A stretch of 62,955 bases of DNA, the filler included, from Octopus bimaculoides (Eukaryota), in the NCBI RefSeq assembly GCF_001194135.2. It is 4 parts of 4 records of this genome, joined end to end, with 100 filler letters (N's around TTAATTAATTAA, not from the genome) between each part and the next. Parts side by side here need not be neighbours in the genome. Positions count along the whole stretch, not along the records: positions 1 to 31,019 come from NC_068987.1; 3 more parts are not named here. One strand, written 5' to 3'. Made by a program: the position numbers and the translations under genes. The notes under the pieces are model-generated. The model saw only the letters and a list, made by a program, of their open reading frames with translations, was not told the origin of the DNA and searched no databases. This document shows positions 1-13,214 of the stretch, piece by piece (the stretch's first letter is position 1; the number at the start of each line of letters is the position of its first letter).

Positions 1-66
1 GAAGAAGAAGAAGAAGAAGAAGAAGAAGAAGAAGAAGAAGAAGAAGAAGAAGAAGAAGAAGAAGAA
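1..66 (+). repeat. (GAA)22 microsatellite, in frame (poly-Glu) with the downstream retrotransposon ORF
   Basis: Perfect GAA run from base 1, continuing without a stop as aca aca aaa gct ata aaa caa into ATG at 88. Confidence 0.95.
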
Positions 67-1018
67 ACAACAAAAGCTATAAAACAAATGAAATCCAAAC
101 TAAAACTAGAACAGCAACGGACCATGATAAAACGATGGCAAGAAAAGCCCCTACATGGTAAATACTGGGCTAAGCTAAATGCAAAAGAAATAGACAGAGA
201 AAATTCCCAGCAATGGTTGACAAGCTCAGGACTCAAAGCAGAGATTGAAGGATTTTTAATTGCTGCACAAGACCAAGCCTCCCCACCAGAAATTACCAAA
301 AACATATAATGAAAAGAAAAATAACAAGTAACTGTAGAATATATGGAGATGGACAAGAAACATTAAATCATATTATCTCTGATTGCCCAGTCCTGGCTAA
401 GAAGGAATATATTCACAGACACGACAGAGCTGGGATCTATATACAAGGGAAGCTATGCCAACACTGGAATAACAACAGAAAAAAGATGGTATAAACACAC
501 GCCAGAAAAGGTCACAGAAAACGAGAAAGCAACCATACTCTGGGATATGCCAATACACACAGATAGAGAAATTAAGGCAAATAGACCAGATATAGTTGTC
601 AAAGATCATGAGGGAAAAAAAATGCTTTCTAATTGATGTATCAATACCAGCAGATGACAACGTTTCTCGAAAAGAAATGGAAAAACTTTCAAAATACAAA
701 GACCTGGAAATAGAGATAACTCGAATGTGGAGTCTAAAAAGAGAAACAATTCCTATCATAGTAGGTGCCTTAGGTATAATAAAAAAATATTCAGACAAAT
801 ACATAACAAAAACACCAGGACTTACAAATATATATAACATACAGAAAATTGCACTACTGGGTACTGCACACATTCTACGCAAACCACTTTCAATACAGTA
901 AACATAAGAGCACCACAGCAAGCCACAGCACATACCCAAGGCACACAGAGCTGCGCTCGGTAGTGAAGTGAAAGCACGTTATAAAAATAAAACTACTGAA
1001 CAATAATAATAATAATAA
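67..1018 (+). mobile_element. 3' part of an R4/Dong-like non-LTR retrotransposon with restriction-like endonuclease, frameshifted, (AAT)n tail
   Basis: Translations give LHGKYW, IEGFLIAAQDQA, the knuckle CRIYGDGQETLNHIISDC, YIHRHD, RPDIVVKD, LIDVSIP and EKLSKYKDL, split over several frames. Ends in (AAT)n at ~1002-1018. Confidence 0.9.
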
Positions 1019-1344
1019 CAGAATGAAAAGCTAAGGTTGGGATTCAAAATTCTACCAGGACACCTAATGAAGGCTGAAGAGTAAATCTGCCGATACGTTA
1101 TGGTAATAACAAACAAGATGAGGGCACATAAATAATGTACAGAATTCTTCATCTCTAAAATAGAGAACAACACATAAACATGTTCAATGGTATGTAATAA
1201 TGGGATATTGCCTATTACTGATATGAGGCTGAAATATAAGTATGAGTAACTGAGCTAAATACGTTCACAAATTTATCATATTATGTTTTGGCAAAGCAAA
1301 TACAGCCTCTGGAAAACTGTGGAACAGGGATATTCACATAAACA

Positions 1345-1960
1345 GCAAAATCATGGTTTACGACTCTGTTAGTCTTACAATTCTCCGCTATGTAGCAGAA
1401 ACTTGAAGAATGCCACAATTCCATGCTAAAGTTCTTCAGCACGTCCATATTTCATCTAAGGTAGATTTTAAACGTATAGTTTCAGGAGAAAATTCCAAAT
1501 ACAGAGGTTCTCAGACTTGCCGATGTCCCATGCTGGTTTTCTAACCTCCAGTGAAATTAATGAGAGAAAGCAAGTTATAACGAGAACAAACTTAGATTAG
1601 CAGCAATTAAATTGCTGATATTGATGTTCATACAAAACCGATCAACAGATCATTTTGTTGGAATAACTGAGAGCAGATTAGCAAAGGCAAACTCCTCTTC
1701 TAAGGCTGAAGATGGCGAACTAAGTATTGGTGAATCACGTAAAAAATTCGAGAATGCACGAGAATAACCTTGAATGAATGGCAGGTCGAACCAAACACAT
1801 ATGAAGGTCTTGCTAGTTACAGGCATATATGAAAGGAGTCGAGCTGTACAGTCTTATGAATTTTCGCCAAAACGGAAGCAAGAAAGTCTTTAAAACAGCG
1901 CTGATATAAGTCAACAACAGTATGACGGCAGTGACATATACTTTTTGGTTACAGCAAGCA
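1345..1960 (+). mobile_element. Degenerate RTE-clade LINE, post-RT C-terminal region
   Basis: Manual translation: KIMVYDSVSLTILRYVAET*, IPNTEVLRLADVP, TLNEWQVEPNTYEGLASYRH. These match RTE motifs (KLxVYxAVVLxxLLYGxETW, IPNTEVL, WExLAxDR). Many stops and frameshifts. Confidence 0.75.
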
Positions 1961-3792
1961 TCATTTAGCGATGCTTTTCTTCTCCTACTTCTCTTCTCCG
2001 TTTCTCAATATATCTATATCCTTCTAGCTGTAAGCCCATCGACTGACATGAATAGCAGCCGAGGTATCATATATCATATATCATTTATATAGAAATAGAC
2101 AAACAGACAGACAGAGACACAAACAGGCATACACATAGGTTGATAGATACAAAGAAAGATAGATAGAGGTGTGTGTATCTGTACGTATTAACGAACATAC
2201 ACATATATAGGTATATATGTACAAAGAGAGACAGAGTAGAGAGAAAATGGGAGAGAGAAAGTGATAGAAAGAAAGAATGAATGAAAGGAAGAGAGGGAGA
2301 GAGAAGTAAGAATGACAGTGCAAAAGCGAGGCAGAGAAAATTGGTGAGAGAAAGTAAGTTACGGAGAGAAAAAAAATTAGATGAGCAGCAATTGAATTGC
2401 TGACATTGATATATAAATTCCGATAGAATATTTGAAACGTTTTTGTAAAAAAAACAAAAATAAATAAATAAAAAATAAAAAAAACATATCAAAAGCTAAC
2501 GCAAGAAATGGAGATAGAGTAAAAGATATGTCGGATTAGGATTGAAGAACCACTTTTTAAAGAAAGAAAAGAAAAGAAAAGACAAAGAAAAGGAATGATT
2601 GATGAAGGAAAAAATTAACTAAACAAAATCAAAATAAAACATAAATACCTCACCCAACAAACAACCATCTAAAGAAATAGAGTCAAAGATATTAAATTCT
2701 ACAAACAAATAAATAATATATAACGTAATTGTTTCACACAAAAAAATTGGAAGTACGATGAAGAGAGCGAGTAGAGTAGAGAGAAAGAAAGATTAGGAAA
2801 ACACGCGTAAATAATAGGAACTATATAAATGGCTACGTTTTCTAAAATGGCTCACTAATCAGAAGAGGTTGTGATTTGTGCGGGCGTGTGAGTGTGTAAA
2901 TGTGAGTGCAATTGTATGCGTATATGTTTTCTCTATGTGCATGTGTGTGTTTCTGTTTATGAAACACAGCTGACACTAACGAATCTGGACAGGAATCATA
3001 GAAAGAAGAAATTAAGGTTGAATGAAATGACATTCGAATAAGAAAAAATGACATAAAGAAATAAAAATATATAGATGAGTATTGAAATGGTAGGAGAGCG
3101 TAGGACATGTATTGATGGAGGTTTCAAACAAAATGAAAGAAAGCAATAAAACGGAAAGAACGATGAAAGTGAACATTTCAGAAAATATTACATGTGTATG
3201 TATTTGTGTCTGGATGTATGTATATGAGTTTGTGTGTATGTGTTAATATGGCACATGTGCATGAATTTACATACCCCTAGTAATCTACAAAGTCGTCGGT
3301 TTCATCCAATATAGGAGACCATGCAAATAGAGAGTTAGATCAAACTAAATTAAGCAATCATATTAAGTGGATAAAGAATAGGGTGCGGGTATCTACTTAC
3401 ACAAACGCACCCCATATATATATATNNNNNNNNNNNNNNNNNNNNNNNNNNNNNNNNNNNNNNNNNNNNNNNNNNNNNNNNNNNNNNNNNNNNNNNNNNN
3501 NNNNNNNNNNNNNNNNNNNNNNNNNNNNNNNNNNNNNNNNNNNNNNNNNNNNNNNNNNNNNNNNNNNNNNNNNNNNNNNNNNNNNNNNNNNNNNNNNNNN
3601 NNNNNNNNNNNNNNNNNNNNNNNNNNNNNNNNNNNNNNNNNNNNNNNNNNNNNNNNNNNNNNNNNNNNNNNNNNNNNNNNNNNNNNNNNATATATATACA
3701 TACACATATATACATATTATGTGCACAAACACACGTATATGCATTTATATTTAAAAGTATCTGCGCAGTAGTTTATTTGTACACCGTTTTAT

Positions 3793-3915
3793 CGAACCTG
3801 GAAATCTGAAGGCGAAACTCGAGAGCGGCGGGATTTGAACTTAGACGCTATACTTCGCGAACATTTAAGGAAATGCATTTATCCAAATCTCTAAAATTTC
3901 TGCGAGATCGCTCCT
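3793..3915 (-). mobile_element. Old copy of SINE family B (tRNA head plus central domain)
   Basis: GAAGGCGAAACTCGAGAGCGGCGGGATTTGAACTTAGA resembles the younger copy at 50052-50260. Confidence 0.4.
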
Positions 3916-3971
3916 TAGTTCGCTTATGCAACATGCATATATGTATAATATATTAGTATGTGCGGGCGCAT

Positions 3972-4366
3972 ATGTTGTTGTTGTTGTTGGCACTCCGTCG
4001 CCTACGACGTCGAAGGTTCCTGTTGATCCGATCAACGGAACAGGCTGCTCCTGAAATTATCGTGCAAGTGGCTGAACACTCCACAGCCTTGTGTACCCAT
4101 AACGTAGTTCTTGGGGATATTCAACGTGACATAGTGTGACAAGGCTGACACTTTGAATTACAGGCACTACAGAAACAGGAAGAAAGAGTGAGAGAAAGTT
4201 GTGGTGAACGAGTACAGCAGGGTTCACCACCATCCCCTGTCGGAGCCTCGTGGAGCTTTAGGTGTTTTCGCTCAATAAACACTCACAACGCTCGGTCTGG
4301 GAATCGAAACCGCGATCCTGTGACCACGAGCCCACTGGCCAAACCACTGGGTCATTGCGCCTCCAC
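3972..4366 (-). mobile_element. Full-length tRNA-derived SINE (family A) with (CAA)n tail and target-site duplication
   Basis: Minus strand begins GTGGAGGCGCAATGACCCAGTGG (A box) ... GGTTTCGATTCCC (B box) and ends in (CAA)n. GGGCGCAT is duplicated at 3964-3971 and 4367-4374. Confidence 0.85.
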
Positions 4367-5029
4367 GGGCGCATGTGTGTACATACATAAACACACACGT
4401 ATAAATCTGAGTGTGTGTCTGTGCATGTATATGTATATATGTATATGTGTATGTGAATTTGTACACAGACCGAAGTATAGAAAAAGAAATCAAGTTAAAG
4501 AGAGTTGTAATATATGCTATAATACAGAAATGAATATGTTATTGTTTTATGAAATGCATTAAAGACACAGGGAAAGTAATTCGTGTGTGTTTCCCCATAG
4601 GTCTCCCACTTGTGTGAACCGGGTGTGACATTTTTTAACTCCTACTATTAAGGCAGGATATTGATAGCTACATCCGATACGAAATATGCAATTAACTTGT
4701 ATAAAAATACTTCTCATATTTAATTAAAAACATGTTTCCATTCTTCGCGAAAAAACCCGTTTCACAAACATATTCATATACGTACATACATTCAGATACA
4801 CATTCATATACATTCATATACGTAAATATATACACGCACGTATTAACATGCACTCACATACAGACGACGTCCATCAAAATGCGTTACCGAAGATTGAAAA
4901 AGAGGGAACATGCAACATTCGATTTTCAACTCAGGCGAACACTAAAATTTGTTAAGAGTGGACGATGAAGTAGTGTCACTGGAAAATAAAGACTGTGTTA
5001 TAAACTTAGTATACCTAATAGGATGAGCA

Positions 5030-5700
5030 GCACGCTTTGACTGTAAAAGTCTCCTCTGAATTAAACATCATAATGACGGCTTCCTTCTTATAAAGCACGC
5101 GTGTTTTGACAGCTATTCTGTAGAATTTAGTACACCAAAATTTCTTAAAATTCTCATAGTGCCTCTTCTCAGAATCTGCATTTGGATGAAAAATACTTAG
5201 AAAAATGTTGGTTAGTTGGCAGCATCTTGAACAATTACTTGTGCAATCTGGATTGGGTTAGATCCTGCTGAATTCTTAGTGGCATACATACCTTTCACAT
5301 ACCCTTGTTTTAAGAGCCTGGTAGGTGATTTCCTATTCAGCCATAGTTTTATAACGTTGGGAGAATCTAAAATAAGATTTCGAAGGGATTTATTGAGTTG
5401 CGTTCATTGTTGCTCCAGTTATCTTTATATGTTTCCACATCGCTCTTAGTTTCAAGTGGTAGACTGCTATTGCTGCAAGTCAAGTAGAAAAAAATGCAGC
5501 CTGGTCTGCTGGAGTATCTCAGTTATGAGCAATACCACAGAAGTAGTGTGATGAAGTTCTTCCTTTTGTGTCCAAATATATGTTTCTTGGATTCTTTACA
5601 CTTTAGCTGGTGCACTGTTTGAAATAACTGGCAGAGATTACCCTGAATTCCTCAGGGAATAAAACTAAGAGGCCATCCGTGTCGGTAATGTTAATTATAT
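5030..5700 (-). mobile_element. Highly decayed R4/Dong-like LINE relic (knuckle region)
   Basis: Minus-strand fragments KLWLN, YVKGMYA...QQDL, SKCRF*EE...SC...RH follow the order of the R4-type EGY-AIQEQ / CRxC / RHD region. Similar to 54960-55600. Confidence 0.45.
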
Positions 5701-6221
5701 ATATCTTAAAATTTCCTATGACCTGCATTCATTCTTGCAGCCGCGACAAAAATATAATATCTGAAAGAAGCAAAAGTCAATTTTCTCATAAAAATAATTG
5801 TAAAAAGTTTAAGCATATGCATTGATCTAACCTGAATTTTAAAAAAGTAGACATTTCTCTCAGAGCAGAAAATGCAAATGTGCATTAAGTAATTAGAAAA
5901 AGCTGTAAATCAGTCACTATTGTGAACATAAAATCAAATGACAACTTTGCTGTTTCCTGTAATGTCTTTATCAAAAGATAATGATTTTATTGTTGATTAT
6001 GAATCGCAAAGATCTGATTCAAGATTCTCAAACGATTTCTTTGTAAATAAAATGATGACGTAGTATCTAGACATAGCGTTTTGAGTTTCAAATGTACACA
6101 TGTCGATCAATAAAGCTCTTGGTGTGTTTTGTAGGAGTCATGTTTAGGAGTTAATAAATAAATGTATCCTGAAAAATGGTGTACAGAATGTGTTTACTTT
6201 TACACGTTGTCGCACCGTCAG

Positions 6222-6509
6222 GGTTTACATGCACCATAGCTTGGCAACGCCTGACATATATTTTTGTAAGTTGCAATTAAGAACCCTATGTAATATTGCA
6301 CACTTGTCTCTTTCTTTTTTTTTTCCAAAGCCTCTACCAGTCTCGATCGTCTGCCGCCATTGCATGGAGGAGTGTCTATGTGTAAAAAGTTGAAAGTCAG
6401 CATAAATGTCACCCTCGACACCGCTCCGAGTGCTGAGCAAATAATAACGTACAGCGCGTTGATATACCACTACGTTCTTTTGGAAAGAATATATTTGGAT
6501 GAGGTCTGA
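6222..6509 (+). other. Candidate pair of spliced exons (6222-6265 and from 6331) around a 65-nt GT-AG intron
   Basis: Donor GTAAGT at 6266, long pyrimidine tract and CAAAG acceptor at 6330. The spliced frame is open: MHHSLATPDIYF-SSTSLDRLPPLHGG...LERIYLDEV. No homology recognised. Confidence 0.2.
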
Positions 6510-7429
6510 TTATATTTGACTAATATTTTCGGAAATATGTTTTATAGTCATATCTTTGGCTTGTGTTTCCTTGATCCAGATTTATTACGTTCGCTACTTC
6601 AATTCTACTGACCAAGAATCACTTCCATGTTTTTTTATAGGTTTTCGGCTCCATAGCCTTCATTATTGACTTTTCGTTTCTTATTTGCTTCTATCTACAC
6701 AGTCAAGAGTGTTTATCATTTTTTTTTGTTGGTATAGCAATGGTTGTTTTCGTAGTATCTTGAATGGTCATAATCCTCATCTTTGGTAGGTTTTTTTTTC
6801 TAAGCCACTCCTTTTTTTATTTTTATAAATTTCTTTTATTTCTTTCTATTGCCGTTTCTGTTGTACTCTGATGTTACTCTACTGAGAATTCACAGGTTGT
6901 TTTCTTGATAAATTCTGCTGTGCTACTTTCATTAGGTGGTGAGAGATTAACGTTCGTTTATACATTTTCTTTGTTGTTCGTTCTTTTGCATTATTTTCAG
7001 TGTTCCTTCTTCATATGAACCGTTCCAGTTTTATTTATGAGATTGTTTTATTATGTATTATAAATATGCATAGATTCAATAATATATTTGAATTTAGTTG
7101 CCATGTTAGATCATACGTTTCTTGTTCTACATATATCATATGTCACTTTTATGTTAGTAGCATGTGTTGGACATGGCATGACTATCTGTCATAGACATGT
7201 AATACATCAGGATATTGTTTTTGTTTTCGTTATATCATTCTCTTGTAGTTACCATTTTCTGCATTATGGTCGAAACCTATGCAAATACACATATGGCTAT
7301 GTTTACGTGTTTGTGTTTTAGTGAGAGCAAGAGTGTATGTGTGCGTGCGTGTTAGAGAGAGAGAGAGAGAATGTGATCTGATCGTCACTGGTAAGATGTA
7401 ATTTAGTATAACCTGTTTCTTGGTCTGGT

Positions 7430-8260
7430 CGTCGGTAACTAAATTGGTTCTCCTCCTAGGCTATCCCGGTGACGATCTCCACATGCTGAATGAGATCGAT
7501 GTAAAATCACACACTGAGTAACAGCCGCTGAATGTTTTCAAAACATTTTGTTTGGATACAGAGACTGAATTCAAACGATAGCTGTTCTGCGAACTCTTGG
7601 TTAAATAAGATCAAAACTTAGAATAATCAGATATAAAACCTAATGTTCTTGTATGGTTCAGTCAATCCATTTTATTGTGTCATAAAAAATAAATCCAAGC
7701 CTTACACAAGCATTGCCTTCATTGCAGTTAAATGTGGATTAAATCAGACGAGGTTCACCGAGATTCACCTTCGATAATGTCTCAAGCATCGTCACATGAT
7801 TTCGATCAAATATTTTGATTCAGGTCTAATACGAACCGATACATTAAAGGGTGCTTACACTTAAAATTGAGTGGAAGTCTGGTACAGTTTCCATGGTGAA
7901 GATTTATGGAAATATTGATAAGTCCCTTCCCGAAACCCTTTCAGAATAGACTAGCAAGTTGGTTTTTATCGTTGCTCAAAGTTAGCACAAGGACGTCGAA
8001 TTGCTCGCCACCGATCTTATACAGAAAGGAAAACGTAGAGCTTAAACTTCCAGCATTGCCTGACTTGTAGAGAGATATTAGCCTACAAAGACATTCCAGA
8101 GGACAAGTACCCTACGCGGCCTTTGCTTGACCAGGAATACAACTTAGTTAAAGAAAAGAGACATAGAATAAAGTGTCTGACAAACGTTGCCTGTACATTT
8201 TCATCGTCAAAGTCATTGTCTCCATACGAAGGCTTTTGTTTCTGATCACCGGGAAATCTC
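7430..8260 (+). mobile_element. Possible DIRS-type tyrosine recombinase relic
   Basis: Frame from 7837 reads RYIKGCLHLKLSGSLVQFPW*...SPFPKP; neighbouring frames give SKLVFIVA and AQGRR. This is the order of DIRS YR motifs RFLKG..PxWDL..PFEP..TxKxxFLxAxxSxRR. Very decayed. Confidence 0.4.
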
Positions 8261-8299
8261 CCCTGTCGTTCTGTATTTTTTTAGTATCTGTATTTGTAT

Positions 8300-9800
8300 T
8301 TTATTTTGTTAGTGTGATGAAGCCATTTTGTGTAATGTCTACGTGTTGACGCATACGTTTCTTCAGCTTGTTTTTTCGATGTGCCAATGGCCGTCCGGTC
8401 TGTTACGTTACTTTGCGGGTATTCTCCTTGTCGTTTGTATTTATTGTCGTAATTGCAGCGTTCATGTTGGCTGTGGCAGTGGTGTTTTCGGTGTTAATGC
8501 TGGCGTTGCAGTCCTTTGAAGTCTCCTCCTTTGAAATCTAAACTGCCAGGTTTTTTTTTTTATTTCGTGGGGAGGGTACAGTTTTCTACCTTCAAATTCC
8601 TTTTTTTCATCCTTGTCTCCTCGTTGCAAGAAATGTCTGAATGATCTGAAATGTGGTGAAACATGAGTGTTATATGGCGTTGAGGTTGTCGAGATTCTGT
8701 TGACGATCAAGCTTCTGTAGTTTTTGTTAGGGACATGGAGATCTCCTGACGTTCCCTTTTTGTTCAGTTCAGAAGGCTTTCAAGCATCTCAGATCACCAC
8801 ATGTATGACAACTAGGTCTTTCGCATCCACTTTGACGTGGAGGACGGAAATATAGGTGTCCTATTTATCACTTGATTTGCACACAGGATCTTTTGCACAC
8901 ATTCTGGTATCACTTACAAAAGGATCTCCAGTCCTTTACCGGATCGATGCTCACTCGTGTCTTCATGCTTTATGTCTAGGAGAATATCATTCCGAGGATG
9001 ACACACATTTTAACCCAGCAGATGTCCATCTCTGGTGTCACACAGGGTATCTACAGCATCACAATTCCTCTTCTCAAACATGTGAGAAAGACGAAATATC
9101 TTATTCCAATTGTCTCAATGAGGTAATTCATGGCACTGAAATATTCATCTTGCGATAAAATCTATATCCAATCGTATTTTGCGCAAGCACCTGTAGATTT
9201 TTAGAGGATGATGTGTTGAGAATAATTATTTTGCCATTGTCTCTTTAAGTTGTTCGACCATCCGTATTTTTTTTCTTTTCTTTCCCGTTATTCTATTTTT
9301 TTTTTTGTAGCTTGATGAAGAAAATGATCTACAACTTTTAAATGACTGTGTTTGTCCGTTATAGAATCTTGCATGAGATTTATTGATACTTTTAGTCAAG
9401 GATTTTGTTTTTGCTGTATTTGTGCCACTACGGCGTTGGACGGTCACATTGTGAATAGCTGTTGAAATAACGATGTTTGAGTTAGCAGCAATAACTCCAG
9501 TGCTAGTAATAATGGGAACGCTTTTATTATTGTCACATACTCACTGCTTCGCTTGCTTTGTAATATCTGCTATCGTTTTTGTTGCTGTTGTTCTAGTGGA
9601 TGTCACTGAAAACAACTGCATCAGTGATGCTGGTGACAATTGCACTCTCGTTCTTGTTTTCCGTGTTATTAATGCTACTGCATTTCTCATTGTCGAAGTT
9701 TTTGTGGCTAAATCCTTAACATTGCGTACAGAACTTTAACAAGTTCCCTTATTAAGATTCTCCCGGTTTAGAATCTCATTGCTACTATTACGTGTGCTGC
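8300..9800 (-). mobile_element. Possible ORF1 (gag-like) relic of an L1/Tx1-type LINE
   Basis: Minus strand gives RPSCHTCGDLRCLKAF (knuckle-like) flanked by Thr/Lys-rich low-complexity frames. No RT found. Confidence 0.3.
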
Positions 9801-10239
9801 TGCCCAGCCCCTCGTCGTAGGTGCAGTAATAGAATTTTTAAGACTTTATAGTTTGAGGCGTTTGAAGTGCTTGTTCATTGGTTGACTGGATGGGGCGAGA
9901 GCTATGTCTCACGCTTTGTCACAAATCAACTCTGAGTTATCCCTTCAGAAGGTTCGTTATTAAAAACGTCAATTTGTGTTGTTAGTAAACAAAATTTTAA
10001 GGAACATATTAGATTTTTTGCTCCTCACCCAACAGCCAAAGGTGCAAGTTACAAAAGTGTTAAACAACCTACCCAGCTCTTGATTAGCTTAATAAAACAT
10101 TAATATCAGATATTAAAAAGGCGGAGGAGNNNNNNNNNNNNNNNNNNNNNNNNNNNNNNNNNNNNNNNNNNNNNNNNNNNNNNNNNNNNNNNNNNNNNNN
10201 NNNNNNNNNNNNNNNNNNNNNNNNNNNNNNNNNNNNNNN

Positions 10240-10410
10240 GGGGAAGCCTATTACATCCACCCAAGTCCTCAACTGGTACTTATTTCATCGACTTCAAATT
10301 GCTGAAATGCAAGATCGACCTCAGCGGAATTTGATCTCAGGGCGTAATACTGAGGTAATGATCCAAACATTTTACCTGATGAGCTAACAATTCTGTTAGC
10401 TCACCGCACT
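10240..10410 (-). mobile_element. SINE family B copy, diverged
   Basis: ACTGGTACTTATTTCATCGAC...GATCGACCTCAGCGGAATTTGATCTCAG matches the copy at 50052-50260. Confidence 0.65.
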
Positions 10411-11883
10411 GGCTTTCTTAGTTTTTGATCTTAACTAAGTGGAAGTGTTACCATGTACATGATCTGACTTAGTGTAAAAGAAGGGTTACAGCAAATATTC
10501 TGCTCAATGCTGCTGATCTACTTGTCAGTTGATTACCGTTAAACTGTTCAGTACGTCCCTTAGTGGTTAGCTATACGTGCGTCTCTGATCACGAGCAGTA
10601 GTGGAGGAGGATCATAGCCATGTGCCGAGAGGGATGTTTGGGGTTTTGAATCATTCACCCCTGGAAACATCATCCTTAAACATACTCAGGGACATATATG
10701 GTACATCAGCTGTCTATAGGCTAAAATTACATAACTTTTAATGAATGGAAATTTTTGATTATTAATTTGTACAAAAAAAATCGGGTGAAACGTCAAAGCT
10801 TGAAGTGGGTAGCAGAAATTTACCAAGATCCAAATTGTCACCACATTTTCATTAAAATTTTAATACTCACCATCTCTCTCACAAACAGGCAAACAACACG
10901 CACATGCAACGCACATACACATACTCTCATATACACATATATAACACACACATACTCTTATATACACATATATAACATATAATCCTACACACGCTTTGCT
11001 ACATACATACTCACACATACAACACACACACACACAAAGACACATATGTAATCACACAAACACGCACACACACAAAGCACACACAGACACACACCGACAC
11101 ACACACACATACACACAAATGCATAGATATATCATTCTGCCTAGATTATATATCGGTTTCTGTTTTTGGTACCTCGTTCGTTTCTTTTTTCCTATACTGT
11201 TCAATTTTTCATTATTCTAATTCATTCTTTTCAATTTTTTATCACATTGTTCCTTTAATTTCACTTTCCCTAATAAATAATTCCATACACAAATACACAA
11301 TGATCGATTGTATCACATGGAAAAAAAAGAGTGATTATCAAATATCAACAGATTATGCCAAATGGTGTCAGGAAGCGACAAGGGCAATGAAACAGCAGAG
11401 ATGAAGGCAAGCCAAGTCTAGGATAACTGAATCAGAGCACAAACGACATAAGCGAGACTAAAAATGATAGTAATACACGTTTCCTGGACGCGAGACAAAG
11501 AACAAATAGCAGAAAGATATTTTCTCCAAGACCAATGCCGGTGCATTCAAAGATTAGAAGGTCAAATTTCATAGAATTAAGATCACTACACCAAAAGGTT
11601 GTTTAGCAAACCTAGGTCCCGAGAGAGTTGTATTTTTCAGTAACTATCTATAGGCCGCAACGACAGACCACGCATTATTCCAGTGAAAATTTTAGAACGA
11701 CGACAGGTTTCCAGAAATGTATTCTACCAACCGTTTTCCTTTAAAAAAACCCAAGAAGTACAGCTGACTTTCTTCTTTAATGCGATAAACATTATCCATA
11801 GACTTTTAGACATTGCGTTCATCGCGCTTCTTCGTGCTTATAGCACATTCGTTTATCACGATTAAGGAAGCTCAGATGTGAAA

Positions 11884-11943
<60 letters not shown>

Positions 11944-12587
11944 NNNNNNNNNNNNNNNNNNNNNNNNNNNNNNNNNNNNNNNNNNNNNNNNNNNNNNNNN
12001 NNNNNNNNNNNNNNNNNNNNNNNNNNNNNNNNNNNNNNNNNNNNNNNNNNNNNNNNNNNNNNNNNNNNNNNNNNNNNNNNNNNNNNNNNNNNNNNNNNNN
12101 NNNNNNNNNNNNNNNNNNNNNNNNNNNNNNNNNNNNNNNNNNNNNNNNNNNNNNNNNNNNNNNNNNNNNNNNNNNNNNNNNNNNNNNNNNNNNNNNNNNN
12201 NNNNNNNNNNNNNNNNNNNNNNNNNNNNNNNNNNNNNNNNNNNNNNNNNNNNNNNNNNNNNNNNNNNNNNNNNNNNNNNNNNNNNNNNNNNNNNNNNNNN
12301 NNNNNNNNNNNNNNNNNNNNNNNNNNNNNNNNNNNNNNNNNNNNNNNNNNNNNNNNNNNNNNNNNNNNNNNNNNNNNNNNNNNNNNNNNNNNNNNNNNNN
12401 NNNNNNNNNNNNNNNNNNNNNNNNNNNNNNNNNNNNNNNNNNNNNNNNNNNNNNNNNNNNNNNNNNNNNNNNNNNNNNNNNNNNNNNNNNNNNNNNNNNN
12501 NNNNNNNNNNNNNNNNNNNNNNNNNNNNNNNNNNNNNNNNNNNNNNNNNNNNNNNNNNNNNTATATATATATATATATATATATATA

Positions 12588-13200
12588 TCGTTTTGGCAAC
12601 GAAGTAATTTCGTATTTCCCAAATAGAGTTACGATGTTTTGAATAACTTTTGTCAATGTTATGATTTTGTTACCTTTTGACATTTGATAGCCGTTACTTT
12701 TAGCTTACTTTAGAAGAAAATTGAGCGTAATTTTGTTTGTAGCTGTTAGTTCAGTGTCAACTTTAACATGGATTACAAAAACGAATATTTTTGCCATATT
12801 TTGCTTTTTCTATTTCCGTAAAGCCAAGAATTCTTCTCAGGCTCACAAAGTTGACCAACATTCTCGTCGACCTATTGAAGTTGAACCAAAGCCATAATTA
12901 AATTTGATTGTCATATAACTGTGTGAGAGATTGCAGAGACGTTAAATTATAACACACAACAATTGAAAGTCACGTAAACTGTCTTGGACGCGTTACGAAG
13001 CTTGAAGTTTGGGTTCCATATAAATTGAAAGTGATTCATCTAACTCAACGAGTCAATATTTTCGATATGCGTTTCAAACGCAATGAAATCGACCATTTTT
13101 AAAACGAATCCTCACTGGCCATGAAAAATGGATTATCTGCAATAACATCAATCGAAAATGATAATGGTCCAAGCATACTGAAACAGCACAAAACTCATCT
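12588..13200 (+). mobile_element. Mariner (mellifera-like) 5' end and disrupted transposase
   Basis: TIR-like TCGTTTTGGCAACGAAGTAATT after (TA)n. ATG at 12768 gives MDYKNEYFCHILLF, then YFRKAKNSSQAHK, VWVPYKLKVIHLTQR and LKRILTGHEKWI (WVPHEL and TGDEKW motifs), with internal deletions. Confidence 0.9.
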
Positions 13201-13214
13201 CAGATTGACACAAA

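Noticed and set aside
397-939. 180-aa minus-strand ORF
   Set aside because: Antisense shadow of the A-rich R4/Dong endonuclease coding strand.
4290-4366. tRNA-like sequences here and at other SINE heads
   Set aside because: A and B boxes are present but there is no full cloverleaf, and each continues into a SINE body; not tRNA genes.
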